A stretch of DNA of 64,000 bases from Bacillota bacterium (GTDB lineage Bacteria; Bacillota; Clostridia; Lachnospirales; Bianqueaceae): positions 2,205 through 66,204 of the forward strand of contig JAFRZL010000044.1 of assembly GCA_017442535.1 (NCBI GenBank). The letters are read 5' to 3'. The position numbers and the translations under genes were made by a program. The notes under the pieces were generated by a model. That model was not told the origin of the DNA and did not search any database. It was given only the letters and a program-made list of their open reading frames with translations. Shown here piece by piece: positions 53,865-62,579 of this stretch; the first letter of the stretch is position 1; every line of letters begins with the position of its first letter.

Positions 53865-55034
53865 ATGCCTCTATCCATTGTTAAAAACGACATCGTCCAA
53901 ATGCGGACGGATGCCATCGTCAACGCCGCCAACGAGCAGCTGTGGCCCGGCGGAGGCGTCTGCGGAGCGATTTTCCGCGCTGCGGGGACTGATGAGCTGG
54001 ATGCGGCCTGCCGCGCGATCGGCCACTGCGATACCGGCAGCGCCGTGATCACGCCCGGATTCAAACTGCCGGCCAAATATGTGGTCCACGCCGTGGGTCC
54101 GGTCTGGAAGGGCGGCGGCCATCATGAAGAAGAGCTTCTGACCTCCGCTTACCAAAGCTCTCTGCAGCTGGCGCTCGACAACGCGTGTGAAAGCATTTCT
54201 TTCCCGCTGATTTCTGCAGGCATCTACGGCTATCCCCGGCAGGAAGCCCTGCAGGTCGCCATCCGCGCCATCCGCGGCTTTCTGCAGTCCTCGGATCAGG
54301 CGGCTGATCTGAACGTTTATCTGGTGCTCTGGAACCGCGAGGACGTCAATGTCGACCGCCGTCTGGCAGAGATGATCCGCCTGGCCGCCGAGAGTCCCGC
54401 CCTGTCCGCGTGGCATCCGATGGGTGAACATCCTTATGCGGGCTCCCCGCCTGTGCCGGAGAAGCGCAAGGGCATTCTGAGCCACTTGAACCGCCCGGAC
54501 CGCGGCGCGGGGCTCAAAGAATCCGCGAAAGAAGAATCCGCCTATTACGCGGATGCCATGCCGAAGCAGGCTTCCAAGAAGCCGGCTCCCAAGAAGGAAC
54601 CCTCTGACGCGGCCGCTTCCGTTAAGCCTTCCGGCCTTTGGACCAAGCCTCCCGCGGCTGCCGCGAACAGCCTGGACCGCGCGCTTCAGAATATGGACGA
54701 GTCCTTTTCGGAATCGCTCCTGCGCCTGATCGACGAAAAAGGCCTGACCGACTCGCAGGCCTACAAACGTGCCAATATTGACCGCAAACATTTTTCCAAA
54801 ATCCGCAGCGACCGCCTCTACCGTCCCAAAAAGAATACGGTTCTGGCCTTTGCCGTAGCGCTGCGCCTGACGCTTCCCGAGACCAACGCCCTGTTGGAAA
54901 AGGCCGGTTATATCCTGTCCCACAGCAGCAAGGCCGACATCATCGTGGAGTATTATATTAACCGCAGCCGTTATAACCTGGACGAAATCAACCAGGTCCT
55001 CTTCGCCTACGACCAGCCCCTGCTGGGTTCGTAA
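53865..55034 (+). CDS. Macro domain protein fused by a low-complexity linker to a C-terminal HTH-like domain
   Basis: Macro motifs DAIVNAANEQLWPGGGVCGAIF and ISFPLISAGIYGYP. A P/A/K-rich linker spans about aa 175-275. The C-terminal ...LLRLIDEKGLTDSQAYKRANIDRKHFSKIRSD... is XRE-like. The start lies 3 nt after the DapA-family stop. Confidence 0.85.
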   Translation: MPLSIVKNDIVQMRTDAIVNAANEQLWPGGGVCGAIFRAAGTDELDAACRAIGHCDTGSAVITPGFKLPAKYVVHAVGPVWKGGGHHEEELLTSAYQSSLQLALDNACESISFPLISAGIYGYPRQEALQVAIRAIRGFLQSSDQAADLNVYLVLWNREDVNVDRRLAEMIRLAAESPALSAWHPMGEHPYAGSPPVPEKRKGILSHLNRPDRGAGLKESAKEESAYYADAMPKQASKKPAPKKEPSDAAASVKPSGLWTKPPAAAANSLDRALQNMDESFSESLLRLIDEKGLTDSQAYKRANIDRKHFSKIRSDRLYRPKKNTVLAFAVALRLTLPETNALLEKAGYILSHSSKADIIVEYYINRSRYNLDEINQVLFAYDQPLLGS

Positions 55035-55081
55035 TACCATGCTCTGAGTAAGAATTCATCCCAAAAGGAGGAATTAGTCCA

Positions 55082-57256
55082 TTGAACCCCGTATCCAAAA
55101 ACAAGCGTGCCGGCCTTCAGGAAAAAACGATCATTATGGTGCTGGCCATGCTGATCACGCTGGCCACCGCGTTCGTCATGCTGCTCCGCTATCAGAACCG
55201 CATGCTGCAGAGTGTGGTCGGACAGACAAGGACGGATCAGCAGCAGGCGATCTCCTCGTCTTCGCAGGAGACCATGCATCAGATCCTCACCAACACCTTT
55301 GCTCAAACCACGAAACTGCAGGCCGAGATCGCAAACAAAGACTTTGAAGAAGTGATCAACAACACTTATCTGCTGCAGTCCATGGCGCAGACGCTTTTTG
55401 ATAACCGCAAGTCGCTGCTGCCTGCCGAAGTCAGCCCGCCGAATCCGGCGATGGACGGCCGGCCTTCCGCCATGGTGCTCTGCGAAGAGAACGTGGATTA
55501 TACGAAGTCCAAGCTGGTTGGAATTGCGGCGCACCTGACCGATGCCATGATCGCCATGCTGCGCAATTCCAAAAAACTGGACGCCTGCTATATGGGTCTG
55601 GCCGACGGAACGCATCTCTGTGTGGACGAGAAACCCCTTCTGAAGCTGGATGACCTTGGCCATCCGATCTCCTTCCCCGTCCGGCAACGGCCGTGGTACC
55701 GCGGCGCGGCCGAGACCGGCATGCTGTTTTTTACCGGGATCGAAGAAGACGCCTTCAGTAAAGAGCTGCTGATCACCTGCTCCGCTCCTGTCTACTCCGA
55801 CAGCAGGCTCGTCGGCGTGGTCGGAATCGACATCATACTGGAGAGTATGGAAGACTTTGTAAAGACCGCCTCCGGCAGTGCAGGACTCGCCTTTATCGTG
55901 AATAACAACGGGCAGGTCGTTCTCTCTTCGGAGGATTCAGGCATTTTTGCTGCTGAGAAATCCGACCAGGCAACCGATCTCCGTACGCTGAACAATGATA
56001 AGCTCACGCGGTTTATCAACCAGGCTCTTGTAGAAGAAACGGGGATGACCACCCTCACGGTTGACGGCAAGCGTTACTATGCGGCCGGCACCCCGATTCC
56101 GGCTGTCGGTTGGGCGATGATCTCAATTGTCGGAAAGGAAGTTACCGAGCAGCCCGAGAAGATGCTGCTCGCCGAATATGACCGGATCAATGATGAGGCA
56201 AGCCTCAAATTCAGAAGCAGGTCGCTTAAAGCAGAGCGTTCAGGCTGGATCCTCATATCCCTTATCTTCCTTATCAGTGTTGCCGTAGCTCTCTTCGGCG
56301 CCCGCCGAATCGTCAACCCGATTCGGGAAATGACCAATAGTATCGTGCGCAGCAGCCAGACCGGGGAGCTCTTCCAAATGAAACCTGTCTATCAGACGCA
56401 CGACGAGATCCAGGTGCTGGCGGAGTCCTTTGTCGATCTGTCCAAGAAGACCAAGCAGTATATCGAGGACATCACCGTCATCACGCAGGAAAAGGAGCGG
56501 GTCAATACGGAGCTGAACATGGCCAACCAGATCCAGAGCAGCATGCTGCCGCATATTTTCCCGGCCTTCCCGAGCAGGAGCGAATTCGATATCTATGCCT
56601 CCATGACGCCCGCCAAGGAAGTCGGCGGCGATTTCTACGATTTCTTCCTGATCGATGACGATCATCTGTGCATGGTCATCGCGGACGTCAGCGGCAAGGG
56701 TGTTCCCGCCGCGCTCTTCATGATGGTTTCCAAGGCCATCATCAAGAACAACGCCATGTCGGGCAGATCGGTCGGCGAGATCCTCAAGATGACGAACGAG
56801 ACCATCTGCTCCAACAATAAAATGCAGATGTTCGTCACCGTCTGGATCGGCATTCTCGAGATCTCCACCGGCAAAATCACCGCAGCCAACGCCGGTCACG
56901 AATACCCTGCCATTATGCAAAACGGCCGGTTTGAGCTGCTCCACGACAAACACGGCTTCATCATCGGCGGCATGGAAGGTATCCGCTACAAGGAATACGA
57001 AATCCGGCTGGAAAAGGGTGACAAGATCTTCCTGTATACCGACGGCGTGCCGGAAGCGACGGACGCGGAAAACAATATGTTCGGCACGGACCGGATGATC
57101 GATGCGCTCAACCGGGATGCCTCCGCCCCTCCGGAAGACATCGCTCACCATATCCGCAAGTCTGTTGACGAATTCGTGAACGGAGCCGAGCAATTTGACG
57201 ACCTTACCATGCTCTGCCTGGAGTACCGCGGGAAATCGGAAGAGCCTGAGACCTGA
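55082..57256 (+). CDS. Cache-HAMP-PP2C (SpoIIE-family) membrane-bound protein phosphatase
   Basis: TTG start after AAAAGGAGGAATTAG. Two TM segments flank a periplasmic-type sensor domain of about 270 aa, followed by a HAMP-like region. PP2C/SpoIIE motifs are EVGGDFYDFF, VIADVSGKG and LYTDGVPEA. Confidence 0.9.
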   Translation: MNPVSKNKRAGLQEKTIIMVLAMLITLATAFVMLLRYQNRMLQSVVGQTRTDQQQAISSSSQETMHQILTNTFAQTTKLQAEIANKDFEEVINNTYLLQSMAQTLFDNRKSLLPAEVSPPNPAMDGRPSAMVLCEENVDYTKSKLVGIAAHLTDAMIAMLRNSKKLDACYMGLADGTHLCVDEKPLLKLDDLGHPISFPVRQRPWYRGAAETGMLFFTGIEEDAFSKELLITCSAPVYSDSRLVGVVGIDIILESMEDFVKTASGSAGLAFIVNNNGQVVLSSEDSGIFAAEKSDQATDLRTLNNDKLTRFINQALVEETGMTTLTVDGKRYYAAGTPIPAVGWAMISIVGKEVTEQPEKMLLAEYDRINDEASLKFRSRSLKAERSGWILISLIFLISVAVALFGARRIVNPIREMTNSIVRSSQTGELFQMKPVYQTHDEIQVLAESFVDLSKKTKQYIEDITVITQEKERVNTELNMANQIQSSMLPHIFPAFPSRSEFDIYASMTPAKEVGGDFYDFFLIDDDHLCMVIADVSGKGVPAALFMMVSKAIIKNNAMSGRSVGEILKMTNETICSNNKMQMFVTVWIGILEISTGKITAANAGHEYPAIMQNGRFELLHDKHGFIIGGMEGIRYKEYEIRLEKGDKIFLYTDGVPEATDAENNMFGTDRMIDALNRDASAPPEDIAHHIRKSVDEFVNGAEQFDDLTMLCLEYRGKSEEPET

Positions 57257-57277
57257 TCACTGATTCATGACAAAAAA

Positions 57278-57328
57278 ACGCCGGGAACGGAGGCTTCAAT
57301 ATGAAGCCATGCCGTTCCCGGCGTTTTG
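57278..57328 (+). terminator. Intrinsic terminator after the PP2C phosphatase gene
   Basis: Stem ACGCCGGGAACGG / CCGTTCCCGGCGT, with an inner GGCTTCA/TGAAGCC hairpin, followed by TTTT. Confidence 0.8.
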
Positions 57329-57394
57329 ATTTGCTCAAGCCCGTGACTTGGTTTGACTATTAAGAGCCCCTTTGCTCCGATGGCCGTATCCTTC

Positions 57395-57898
57395 TCATCT
57401 GAGTCCACTCGGGCCGAATTCACGGTCAACCCATCTGTTCATGGTAATGTCTGCCATTACATTGTCTTCCTCCAGATTCAGGTATTCCTCCTTGACAGTA
57501 TCGATGTTCAATTGGTTCTTTACCGGATCTGACCAGGACGTACCCGCATTCCCCTTGATAATGAAATAGTCTCCCGATTCCAGCCATTCTTTGGGCAGAA
57601 GCTCTTCGGCTTCTCTCTGCAGCTCCTCTTTGAAAGCTGCATAGTCCTTCTGATTAAAGATCATCACATGCACCGAATATACTTCATCCTGATAGAAACC
57701 GATGATTCGAACAGCCGGTTCAGACAACATCGGATGTTCAAAGTAATCGATCAATCGGTCCTTTTCGGCATCATACTCTGCATCCGCAAACTTTCCACTC
57801 CCTTCGACCCTTCTGATTGGTTCGAAGCCGGGAAGGTTCTTTCTGACTGACTTTGACGGATTCGACTGGCTTCTCGGACCAGTTAGTGAACGCTTCAA
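57395..57898 (-). CDS. Hypothetical protein, N-terminally truncated paralog of the 58198-58965 lipoprotein (possible gene remnant)
   Basis: ...AEYDAEKDRLIDYFEHPMLSEPAVRIIGFYQDEVYSVHVMIF... aligns with ...AEYDPSLNRLIGTFEHQLLSEPAIRIINFSNDKVCSVEVVL.... It has no signal peptide. Only a TTG start is available, and the first ATG is at about residue 57. Confidence 0.4.
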   Translation of the reverse strand: MKRSLTGPRSQSNPSKSVRKNLPGFEPIRRVEGSGKFADAEYDAEKDRLIDYFEHPMLSEPAVRIIGFYQDEVYSVHVMIFNQKDYAAFKEELQREAEELLPKEWLESGDYFIIKGNAGTSWSDPVKNQLNIDTVKEEYLNLEEDNVMADITMNRWVDREFGPSGLR

Positions 57899-57909
57899 TC
57901 GCGTTTAGG

Positions 57910-58197
57910 TTATTGTTCCTGTTTGCTAATTTGCAGGAAATGCCAAGAGATCAACCATTGTGTCAGGGCAACTATCCCATACAGAATACATAGTAATACA
58001 ATCATTTGTGGTGAAAGCTTATTCCCAAGTATCCTTTCGTAATACCATACAGCTCCTGAAGAAATAGTGAACACCATCCATCCTATCACTCGGTATCGTC
58101 GCATTCTTTTTCGGATAGCATCACTCATTTTTAGGTTGGGAAAGCAATCGAACAAATCAATGATGGCCATAAATAGCCCGAATATTGCTCCACCCAT
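57910..58197 (-). CDS. Hypothetical small membrane protein (95 aa, 3 TM)
   Basis: Hydrophobic ORF that starts immediately after the stop of the upstream lipoprotein gene, with zero-nt spacing. AT-rich. Confidence 0.5.
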   Translation of the reverse strand: MGGAIFGLFMAIIDLFDCFPNLKMSDAIRKRMRRYRVIGWMVFTISSGAVWYYERILGNKLSPQMIVLLCILYGIVALTQWLISWHFLQISKQEQ

Positions 58198-58965
58198 TTA
58201 CGTTCTCCCCAGTGCATAAGCAAGCATATCGAAGTTAGAAAGGAGCCATCCTTCCATTACATTAGGTCTTGGTTGAAATACGACATTCCCTCCTGAGTCA
58301 TGCATTTCCCACCAATAGCGCGTCTTATACGTCGTAAATAATAAAGACCTATTCTTTTTCATCCCTATTAAAACAGTGATGACTTTTTCGCTCCCTTCAA
58401 CTTCCGGTTCGCTTACAGAGAATGTATTGCCTATAGCATCTACCCACTGGCAGGCACCTCCCGGAACAGCAATCTCATTTTGGGCAGATACTTGCCATTC
58501 AACAGGTATATACTCTTCCGTTTCTTTTTGAAGCTTTTCTTTCAGAGAAGAAAGGTCTTCTGCACATCTTAATACAACTTCAACGCTACAGACTTTATCA
58601 TTGCTGAAATTGATAATGCGAATTGCCGGCTCAGATAATAATTGGTGCTCAAAGGTACCAATCAATCTATTAAGCGATGGATCATACTCAGCATTCCTTA
58701 GAGCAGGTTTGGCGAGTGCTTCGCTTAGTGTTGTCCCAAAAGGTATTTCAACTGGCTCGAAATAGCCTTTTTCAATGGAAACGATAGCTCCAAGCACTGT
58801 CTCCTGGTTTTTGTTTGAACGGCAGGAGCATAGCAACAGGCAAGAAATGAATACTGCCGATATTATTAAAAAACTTTTTCGGTTAAGCATACGGATCATA
58901 GCTCCTATCATAGTCAAATTCCATCCTTTCCTTATCAGCATTTGAAACACCTTTTCATCCTTCAT
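58198..58965 (-). CDS. Hypothetical lipoprotein
   Basis: Lipobox ...FLIISAVFISCLLLCSC. The true start is probably an internal Met around 58890-58911. AT-rich. Confidence 0.65.
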   Translation of the reverse strand: MKDEKVFQMLIRKGWNLTMIGAMIRMLNRKSFLIISAVFISCLLLCSCRSNKNQETVLGAIVSIEKGYFEPVEIPFGTTLSEALAKPALRNAEYDPSLNRLIGTFEHQLLSEPAIRIINFSNDKVCSVEVVLRCAEDLSSLKEKLQKETEEYIPVEWQVSAQNEIAVPGGACQWVDAIGNTFSVSEPEVEGSEKVITVLIGMKKNRSLLFTTYKTRYWWEMHDSGGNVVFQPRPNVMEGWLLSNFDMLAYALGRT

Positions 58966-59014
58966 TCCGCCTTTATGTTATCACATGCCTTCTCCACCTG
59001 TCAATACTTCAAAA

Positions 59015-59062
59015 ACAAAAAGGGGCTGAATCGGTTAATATACCATTCCGGCCCCTTTTTGT
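59015..59062. terminator. Orphan terminator-like hairpin between two divergent promoters
   Basis: AAAAAGGGGCTG-loop-CGGCCCCTTTTTG has a GC-rich stem flanked by an A-run and a T-run. It is not downstream of any called gene. Confidence 0.45.
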
Positions 59063-59083
59063 GGGCAAAAGCTTCAAAAGACA

Positions 59084-59112
59084 TTGATTTATGGCCAAAA
59101 CCTTGTTATTAT
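59084..59112 (+). promoter_or_regulatory. Promoter of the LytTR regulator/kinase operon
   Basis: TTGATT, a 17-nt spacer, then TATTAT. Confidence 0.5.
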
Positions 59113-59160
59113 GGTTTCTAAGATAATTGAAATACTATTCCCGGAAAGGATATCCTCGCT

Positions 59161-60069
59161 ATGCAGCCTTATATACTCATGCTGGAAGATGATCCCATAG
59201 ATGCTCAGTACTTTCTCGAATTAATGCAGGAGGTCGCGGGGGAGCTTGGCGCTGCGTCCGCTCCCGAACCGCTTAACGATGATGCGGCATATCCCGATGA
59301 ATTGTCGCGGGATCTGGCGCGCTGCGGCGTGCGCTGGGTCCGATCGGTGGATGAGTTTATGGCGGATGATCCACTACAGTATTCGCTATGGATCATGGAT
59401 CTGCGCCTCCATCATGACAAAAGTATTGATTCGTGGCGGATATTACGGAGTTACGATGCTTCCGTTCCGACCGGGGATGGCGGAGCCCCGATACATGGAG
59501 CTCCGCCGGTCTGGATCCTCAGCCACTATACCATTTTGCAGCACTCCGCCGAACAATTCCTGCAAGTCCAGCGCTTCTATTCCAAAACCGCTTCCGGTTA
59601 CCGGCAGCTCAAACGGGATCTGGTCTCCCGTTACGGGGTCAAGAGGAACCCTACCGCAGATTCCATTGAACTGCAGCTGAATGTCGAGGCCGCAAAGGCT
59701 TTTGTGCTCGATGATATCGTCGCGATCAGCAGCGAACTGAAGAGCGGCGTGCGCTCCAATGCACACAAACGTGCTTACTTTCTCTACTATCTAAACGGCC
59801 CGGACAAAGAGCTGCGGCCCTATCCTCTTCACGAAAAGTACAACCTCAAGAAGCTTCTCAAAGCGCTGCAGGGGACGGGCCGGATGGAATTCTGCCTGCT
59901 TGCCCGTGATCTGATTGTCAACACCCATCATATTATCGATATCTCGCGCAGCCAGCGGGAGATATCCGTCACACTGGCGGGTTTCGATCCTGCCCGGACA
60001 GTCTCGATTTCAGAGAGCACGTTCCGCGAACTCCGCGACCGTGTGGATCTGAATTCGACATCATTCTAA
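59161..60069 (+). CDS. Response regulator with LytTR DNA-binding domain; the receiver carries an insertion
   Basis: REC hallmarks are ILMLEDDP, LWIMDLRL, VWILSH and FYSK, with an insert of about 40 aa after the first strand-helix. The C-terminal LytTR-like region reads ...FCLLARDLIVNTHHIIDI.... Confidence 0.8.
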   Translation: MQPYILMLEDDPIDAQYFLELMQEVAGELGAASAPEPLNDDAAYPDELSRDLARCGVRWVRSVDEFMADDPLQYSLWIMDLRLHHDKSIDSWRILRSYDASVPTGDGGAPIHGAPPVWILSHYTILQHSAEQFLQVQRFYSKTASGYRQLKRDLVSRYGVKRNPTADSIELQLNVEAAKAFVLDDIVAISSELKSGVRSNAHKRAYFLYYLNGPDKELRPYPLHEKYNLKKLLKALQGTGRMEFCLLARDLIVNTHHIIDISRSQREISVTLAGFDPARTVSISESTFRELRDRVDLNSTSF

Positions 60070-60085
60070 CAAGGAGGTGCCTGCC

Positions 60086-61459
60086 ATGATCCACACACTG
60101 TCACCCTGCCTGCCAGGCCTTTTCAGCGTGTTTTCACAGCGGGAATACGTTTCAACGGCCATTCTCATTTCTCAGGAAGTCGTGCGCGTCCTAAGCCATG
60201 TTTCTTTCCTTTGCCTGATCTATATCAGTCTGGGCAGGGGTCCAGACAAGAAGCGCCTGCTGATCGGTGAAGCCCTTTACTGGATCTACCGCCTGGTTTT
60301 GACCCTGACCCACCACCGCTTCTGGTGCCCTGTAGGCGAGCCCTGGATCGCTATACTCTGGATCCCGGCCATCATGTTCCTGTTCCGCGAACAAAGTATC
60401 CTCAAGGCCTCCTATCTGACCCTAATCGCCTATGCGGCGCTTCAGTTCCTGAATGCCCTGATGTGTATCTTTGTTCCCCTGCATTACCTGGCAGAATTAT
60501 ACAAAATCGGTCTGACCGCCGAGGAACTCATCGCGGCCGGCCAGTCCATCATCGTTCTGCTCCTCTGCCTGCTGCACCGGCATCTCCGCACCTCCGTATC
60601 CAAATGGCATGAATACCGGAGTATCCGCGTCGCCCTGATCGTGCAGAGCATCCTGATCATCGGTTTTTATCTGGGAATCCGGCCAGGGCTGGAGCATTAC
60701 CTGGCCAAATCCCTGCTCCTCGGTCTGTCCATCGGCTTCTTTGCGCTGATCTATATCCTTATCGTCCTCTGGGCCTTCTACCTCAGGAAACACCAACAGC
60801 TGCGTGAAATGGAGGCGCGGATCGCCGTCCTTGAGACAGATCAGAAAGCCGACCAGGAATTCATCCACGAAGCCAAACGTACCATGCGTTATCTGGAAAC
60901 CATCTCTAACAATGCCGTCCTCGATGCATTGCTGCGGCAAACCGACCGGAACGCGGTCATCCACCAGCTCCCGCCCGTCATCAGAAACATCGTGGCAAGC
61001 TACATGGGTGTCCTCGCCGAGAACCATATCGATCTGCGGCTCAAGTGCCTGGGGCACCCGACCCCATGGCCATATACCGAACAGGAAATGCTCTCGCTGC
61101 TGGGCAATCTCTTTGACAATGCCATTACGGCTGTGAAAGAGCTGCCCGAAGACGGCCGCTACATCGACCTGACCTTTGAGGAAGACGAAATCCGCCAGGC
61201 ACTGGTCATGCAGAATCCCTACCTCGCGGAGAATTTCCGCATAGAAAGCCTGCCGGACCGCCACCTTTTATCCAGCCCCGGCCGCTCGCACGGCCATGGT
61301 CTGGACATCGTCACGCGCCTGGTCCATAGGAAAGACGGCGTGATCCTGATCTCGCCCATGAAGGCCGAATTCCGGGTTCGCATCGACCTCTTCTTCTGGG
61401 CTTCCGAAGATACCGATCCCTATGCCCCGCCCAAGAAACCGGAAGAGGGGAAGGCGTAA
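60086..61459 (+). CDS. AgrC-like GHKL sensor histidine kinase (polytopic N-terminus, HATPase_c_5-type C-terminus)
   Basis: ATG at 60086 after AAGGAGG. About 6 TM segments, candidate H-box EFIHEAKRTMRYL, N-box LLGNLFDNAITAV and G-box GHGLDIV. Confidence 0.85.
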   Translation: MIHTLSPCLPGLFSVFSQREYVSTAILISQEVVRVLSHVSFLCLIYISLGRGPDKKRLLIGEALYWIYRLVLTLTHHRFWCPVGEPWIAILWIPAIMFLFREQSILKASYLTLIAYAALQFLNALMCIFVPLHYLAELYKIGLTAEELIAAGQSIIVLLLCLLHRHLRTSVSKWHEYRSIRVALIVQSILIIGFYLGIRPGLEHYLAKSLLLGLSIGFFALIYILIVLWAFYLRKHQQLREMEARIAVLETDQKADQEFIHEAKRTMRYLETISNNAVLDALLRQTDRNAVIHQLPPVIRNIVASYMGVLAENHIDLRLKCLGHPTPWPYTEQEMLSLLGNLFDNAITAVKELPEDGRYIDLTFEEDEIRQALVMQNPYLAENFRIESLPDRHLLSSPGRSHGHGLDIVTRLVHRKDGVILISPMKAEFRVRIDLFFWASEDTDPYAPPKKPEEGKA

Positions 61460-61501
61460 AAAAATCCCTGCATGATTCCACGTCATGCAGGGATCTTTTT
61501 A
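61458..61501. terminator. Bidirectional terminator between the AgrC-like kinase and the convergent ABC ATPase
   Basis: AAAAAAATCCCTGCATGA-loop-TCATGCAGGGATCTTTTT. Confidence 0.8.
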
Positions 61502-62566
61502 CGTCAATATCTGCTCAAACTCCTCTCCGCTCTGTGGGAAAACCAGGAATTCGCGGATCTCCAAGCCGACTGGCTCCTCCGCACCGAACTGTCCGTAGGA
61601 GGCGGCATCGGAGGCGACATGGATCTGTCTTTCGCCCACCTGCACCAGGCAGTCGTTCTCATCCCCCATAAAGAATTCCGAGAGGATGCGGCAGGGCAGC
61701 TGTCCGCCGCCGCGCACCAGGCGCGCGTTTTCGGGCCGGATGGCCACGTCCACGGGCCCGGTCAGGTCCCCGCTGTAGTCCAGGGACTCAGAAACACCGT
61801 CCAGGAGGATTTTGCCGTCTTGGGAGGTGCCCTTCAGGAAATTCACTTTGCCGACAAAGTCCGCGACGAACTGGTTCCTGGGATGACGATAGATTTCCAC
61901 CGGACTCCCCACCTGCTGCAGCTCGCCCGCGTAGATGACAAAAACGCGGTCCGACATGGTCATGGCTTCGCTCTGATCATGCGTGACGTAGACGATATTG
62001 ATATGCAGGCGGCGCTGGATGTCCTTGATCTCGTAGCGCATTTCTTCACGCAGTTTGGCGTCCAGGTTGGAGAGCGGCTCGTCCAGCAGCAGAACCTTGG
62101 GCTCGGCGACCAGGGCGCGGCCCAGGGCGACACGCTGCTGCTGCCCGCCCGAAAGCTGCGAGGGCAGGCGCTTCTCATACTGGTCCAGGTGCACCGCTTC
62201 CAGGACGCGCATCACCTTGTCCCGGATCTCCTGCTTGGGGAGCTTGCGGATCTTAAGCGGGTACGCTACATTGTCAAAAACGTTCATGTGGGGCCAGACG
62301 GCGTAGGACTGGAAGACCATGCCGAGGCCTCTTTTTTCGGGTGGGACAAAGGTGTCCGCGGAGCTGACCGTCACGCCGTCGATCTTGATCGTGCCGGAGG
62401 TGGGCTTCTCGAAGCCCGCGATCATCCGCAGCATCGTGGTTTTGCCGCAGCCCGAGGGCCCCAGCAGCGTAATGAATTCACCATCCTCAAATTCGGCCGA
62501 AAAATCATTTAATACAACGACGTCTCCGTATTGCTTGGTCACGTGATCCAGTATAATCTGCGACAT
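61499..62566 (-). CDS. ABC transporter ATP-binding protein (PotA/FbpC-type with a TOBE-like C-terminus)
   Basis: Walker A GPSGCGKTT, signature LSGGQQQRV, Walker B LLLDEPLSNLD. Confidence 0.92.
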   Translation of the reverse strand: MSQIILDHVTKQYGDVVVLNDFSAEFEDGEFITLLGPSGCGKTTMLRMIAGFEKPTSGTIKIDGVTVSSADTFVPPEKRGLGMVFQSYAVWPHMNVFDNVAYPLKIRKLPKQEIRDKVMRVLEAVHLDQYEKRLPSQLSGGQQQRVALGRALVAEPKVLLLDEPLSNLDAKLREEMRYEIKDIQRRLHINIVYVTHDQSEAMTMSDRVFVIYAGELQQVGSPVEIYRHPRNQFVADFVGKVNFLKGTSQDGKILLDGVSESLDYSGDLTGPVDVAIRPENARLVRGGGQLPCRILSEFFMGDENDCLVQVGERQIHVASDAASYGQFGAEEPVGLEIREFLVFPQSGEEFEQILT

Positions 62567-62579
62567 TTTATCCCTCCGT

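Noticed and set aside
53871-55040. A 389-aa minus-strand ORF mirroring the Macro-HTH gene almost base for base
   Set aside because: The plus-strand product has canonical Macro motifs. The minus-strand product is Gly/Arg/Ala/Val-rich with no motif. It is a shadow ORF.
40727-62512. Long antisense ORFs 40727-41824, 43733-44629, 44590-45999, 50743-51609, 51911-52945, 52974-53852, 56240-57193, 60497-61264 and 61472-62512
   Set aside because: The reasoning is the same as for the other antisense ORFs. The opposite strand encodes, respectively, the ABC-2 permease, PHP hydrolase, Na/Pi cotransporter, nitrilase-family protein, lactonase, DapA-family protein, PP2C, AgrC-like kinase and ABC ATPase, all with diagnostic motifs.
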